In this document: piece after piece, positions 62,431 through 64,000 of the stretch
How the letters are laid out: the number at the start of each line of letters is the position of its first letter
Numbering within the stretch: the stretch's first letter is position 1
NCBI GenBank assembly: GCA_963847075.1
Contig: CAWJYL010000002.1
Coordinates: 1,608,121 to 1,672,120 of the forward strand
Reading direction: 5' to 3'
Source: an uncultured Acidobacteriota bacterium
GTDB taxonomy: Bacteria; Acidobacteriota; Thermoanaerobaculia; UBA5066; Gp7-AA6
Length of the DNA stretch: 64,000 bases
Translations under genes and position numbers: made by a program
The notes under the pieces: model-generated
What the model was told of the DNA's origin: nothing
The model's database searches: none
The model's input: only the letters and a program-made list of their open reading frames with translations

Positions 62431-62640
62431 ATGGCCAAGAAGAAAGCGGGTAAGCACAAGTACGGGCCCAAGGCCCAGGAGAAAGTCGAGCGTGCGATGC
62501 ACGAGCGCAAGCGCGGTCAGCTCGAGTCCGGCCGCTCGGGCAAGAAGGTCACCAGCCGCAAGCAGGCGATCGCGATCGGTCTGTCGGAGGCCCGTCGAGC
62601 CGGAGCGAAGGTTCCGAAGCAGCGCGGGTCTACGAAGTAG
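62431..62640 (+). CDS. small basic protein (DUF6496-like)
   Basis: 69 aa reading MAKKKAGKHKYGPKAQEKVERAMHERKRGQLESGRSGKKVTSRKQAIAIGLSEARRAGAKVP. Confidence 0.6.
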   Translation: MAKKKAGKHKYGPKAQEKVERAMHERKRGQLESGRSGKKVTSRKQAIAIGLSEARRAGAKVPKQRGSTK

Positions 62641-62777
62641 TCGCCTCGGACATCACCCGGGCGGATCGCTCGCTTCCGCAGCGCGCGTCTTTCCCCACAT
62701 CGCCGCCCCGGTCCCGTAGGGAACCACCACCGCCCGAACTGGCACTTCCATTGCACTCTCCTCATGTGGAGGCGAAC

Positions 62778-63275
62778 ATGCGAAGCAGGGCAGCGATCGG
62801 CAAGCATCCGATTCACCCCATGCTCGTGCCGATTCCGATTGGCGCGTTCTTCCTGGCGCTGTTCGGCGACCTTCTGCGCATGGCGTCGCCGGCCGATCGC
62901 TTCTGGTACGACTTTTCTTATACCTGTATCGGGATCGGGCTCTTCTTCGCCTTGTTGGCGGCCGCAGCGGGGGCCGTCGACTACGTCGGGGTGACCATGA
63001 GCGCGAAGGCCTTCCGCACGGCGACGCGGCACCTGCTTCTGAACCTGTCCATGGTAATTTTCTACCTGATCAGCTTCTTCGCCCGCCGCGTCGAGACCGG
63101 CGCCTCCAGCGGTCGCTGGCTGCTGGCCTTCGGCACCTCCGTGGCCGGCTTCGTTCTTCTCGGCGTCTCGGGATGGCTGGGGGGCAAGCTCGCCCACGAG
63201 TTCCGGGTCGGTGTTGACGAGGAAGAAATCGACGCGCCGCCTTCCGCTTCGAAGCGGGCGAGCGCGGCATCCTAG
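62778..63275 (+). CDS. DUF2231-family membrane protein
   Basis: ATG 62778. Reads GKHPIHPMLVPIPIGAFF...GAVDY..., with four TM segments. Confidence 0.7.
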   Translation: MRSRAAIGKHPIHPMLVPIPIGAFFLALFGDLLRMASPADRFWYDFSYTCIGIGLFFALLAAAAGAVDYVGVTMSAKAFRTATRHLLLNLSMVIFYLISFFARRVETGASSGRWLLAFGTSVAGFVLLGVSGWLGGKLAHEFRVGVDEEEIDAPPSASKRASAAS

Positions 63276-63282
63276 GAGCTCC

Positions 63283-63759
63283 GTGCCCGCGAAGACCGGC
63301 AACGGAGTCGGTGCCGCGCTCGAAGCGGCGTCCGTATGCGTCAGCGAATGGGTCGGCAGTTCGGCGGCTTTCGCCATCGCCGTAACGATCGTGCTGCTGT
63401 GGGGGTTGAGCGGTCCGCTCTTCCACTACTCCGATACCTGGCAGCTGGTCATCAACACGGGGACGACGATCATCACGTTCCTGATGGTCTTTCTGATCCA
63501 GCGCGCGCAGAACAAGGAAGCGAAGGCCGTGAACCTGAAGCTCAATGAGCTGGTGGCCGCCATCAAGGGCGCCAGCAACCGGTTGATCGACGTCGAACAA
63601 CTCTCCGAAAAGGAGATCCTGACTCTCGCAGGCCACTATGCCGACATTGCAAGGAAAACGGCAGGAGCGGACCGGATCCAGGACGCCTCCTCGATCGAGG
63701 AGACTACCGGGAACCCTCAGCCTCATCGCGAGGACGAGGAGGAGCCGCCTCGGAGGTGA
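63283..63759 (+). CDS. low-affinity iron permease family protein
   Basis: GTG 63283 follows AGGAG. Reads GSSAAFAIAVTIVLLWGLSGPLFHYSDTWQLVINTGTTIITFLMVFLIQRAQNKEAKAVNLKLNELV. Confidence 0.75.
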   Translation: MPAKTGNGVGAALEAASVCVSEWVGSSAAFAIAVTIVLLWGLSGPLFHYSDTWQLVINTGTTIITFLMVFLIQRAQNKEAKAVNLKLNELVAAIKGASNRLIDVEQLSEKEILTLAGHYADIARKTAGADRIQDASSIEETTGNPQPHREDEEEPPRR

Positions 63760-63815
63760 CCATGGCAAGAGACTTGCAGTCTTGAAACTCGGGTGCCATC
63801 GCCCCTTTTCCTTCT

Positions 63816-63870
63816 CGGTGCCGCGAGTCTCGGACTCCCTCCGCGGGCGCTCTAGCGGCACCGCTTTTTT
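63816..63870 (+). terminator. candidate intrinsic terminator
   Basis: CGGTGCCGC...GCGGCACCG long hairpin followed by C-T6. Confidence 0.5.
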
Positions 63871-64000
63871 CGGAATTCCCCGCTCCGCTGTGGCGCCTTC
63901 CCGATTGACGATCTGACTCCGGCATGCGACGTGCGTCGCATATTCGAACGTATGCCGGTGCGACGAGGCGGAGATCACGGAGACCGAAGAGGCCGGGAAG

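Overview
High-GC bacterial chromosomal window. The repeat families and gene content look Acidobacteria-like, but the taxon is not proven. It has three parts. (1) 1-12.3 kb holds intact housekeeping genes: a ubiX/UbiA-type prenyltransferase pair, a deoxynucleoside kinase, panB-panC-thiG, a cysteine-synthase-like plus cystathionine-gamma-lyase-like pair, a CAP-domain protein and cutA. It also holds a 0.97-kb tandem array of ~114-bp hairpin repeats. (2) 12.3-51.3 kb starts with the tmRNA gene ssrA (12338-12698). About 39 kb of accessory DNA follows, cut into six modules by same-orientation copies of the ssrA 3' end, each preceded by a conserved ~70-nt arm. I found no integrase anywhere. Module 1 is a fluoride-response island with two fluoride riboswitches. 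One riboswitch heads a tightly packed operon: crcB, DUF190, two dynamin-like GTPases, MFS, PP2C, enolase. Module 2 is an arsenic island. Module 3 carries thiol/sulfur-stress genes plus a RelE-type TA pair. Module 4 carries BrnTA plus PhoD. Module 5 carries a sigma-54 activator, stress membrane proteins, a phospholipid-remodelling cluster and an ECF42/YCII set. Module 6 is a single DHFR-like gene. Modules 1-2 contain at least 11 genes broken by frameshifts, while long genes elsewhere are intact. (3) 51.3-64 kb holds ordinary chromosomal genes: Rieske, MFS, aldo/keto reductase, spermidine-synthase-like, hydrolase, and small secreted or membrane proteins. Many long ORF-track entries are GC-rich shadow ORFs and were not called. 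All family assignments come from reading the translations by eye; no searches were run.
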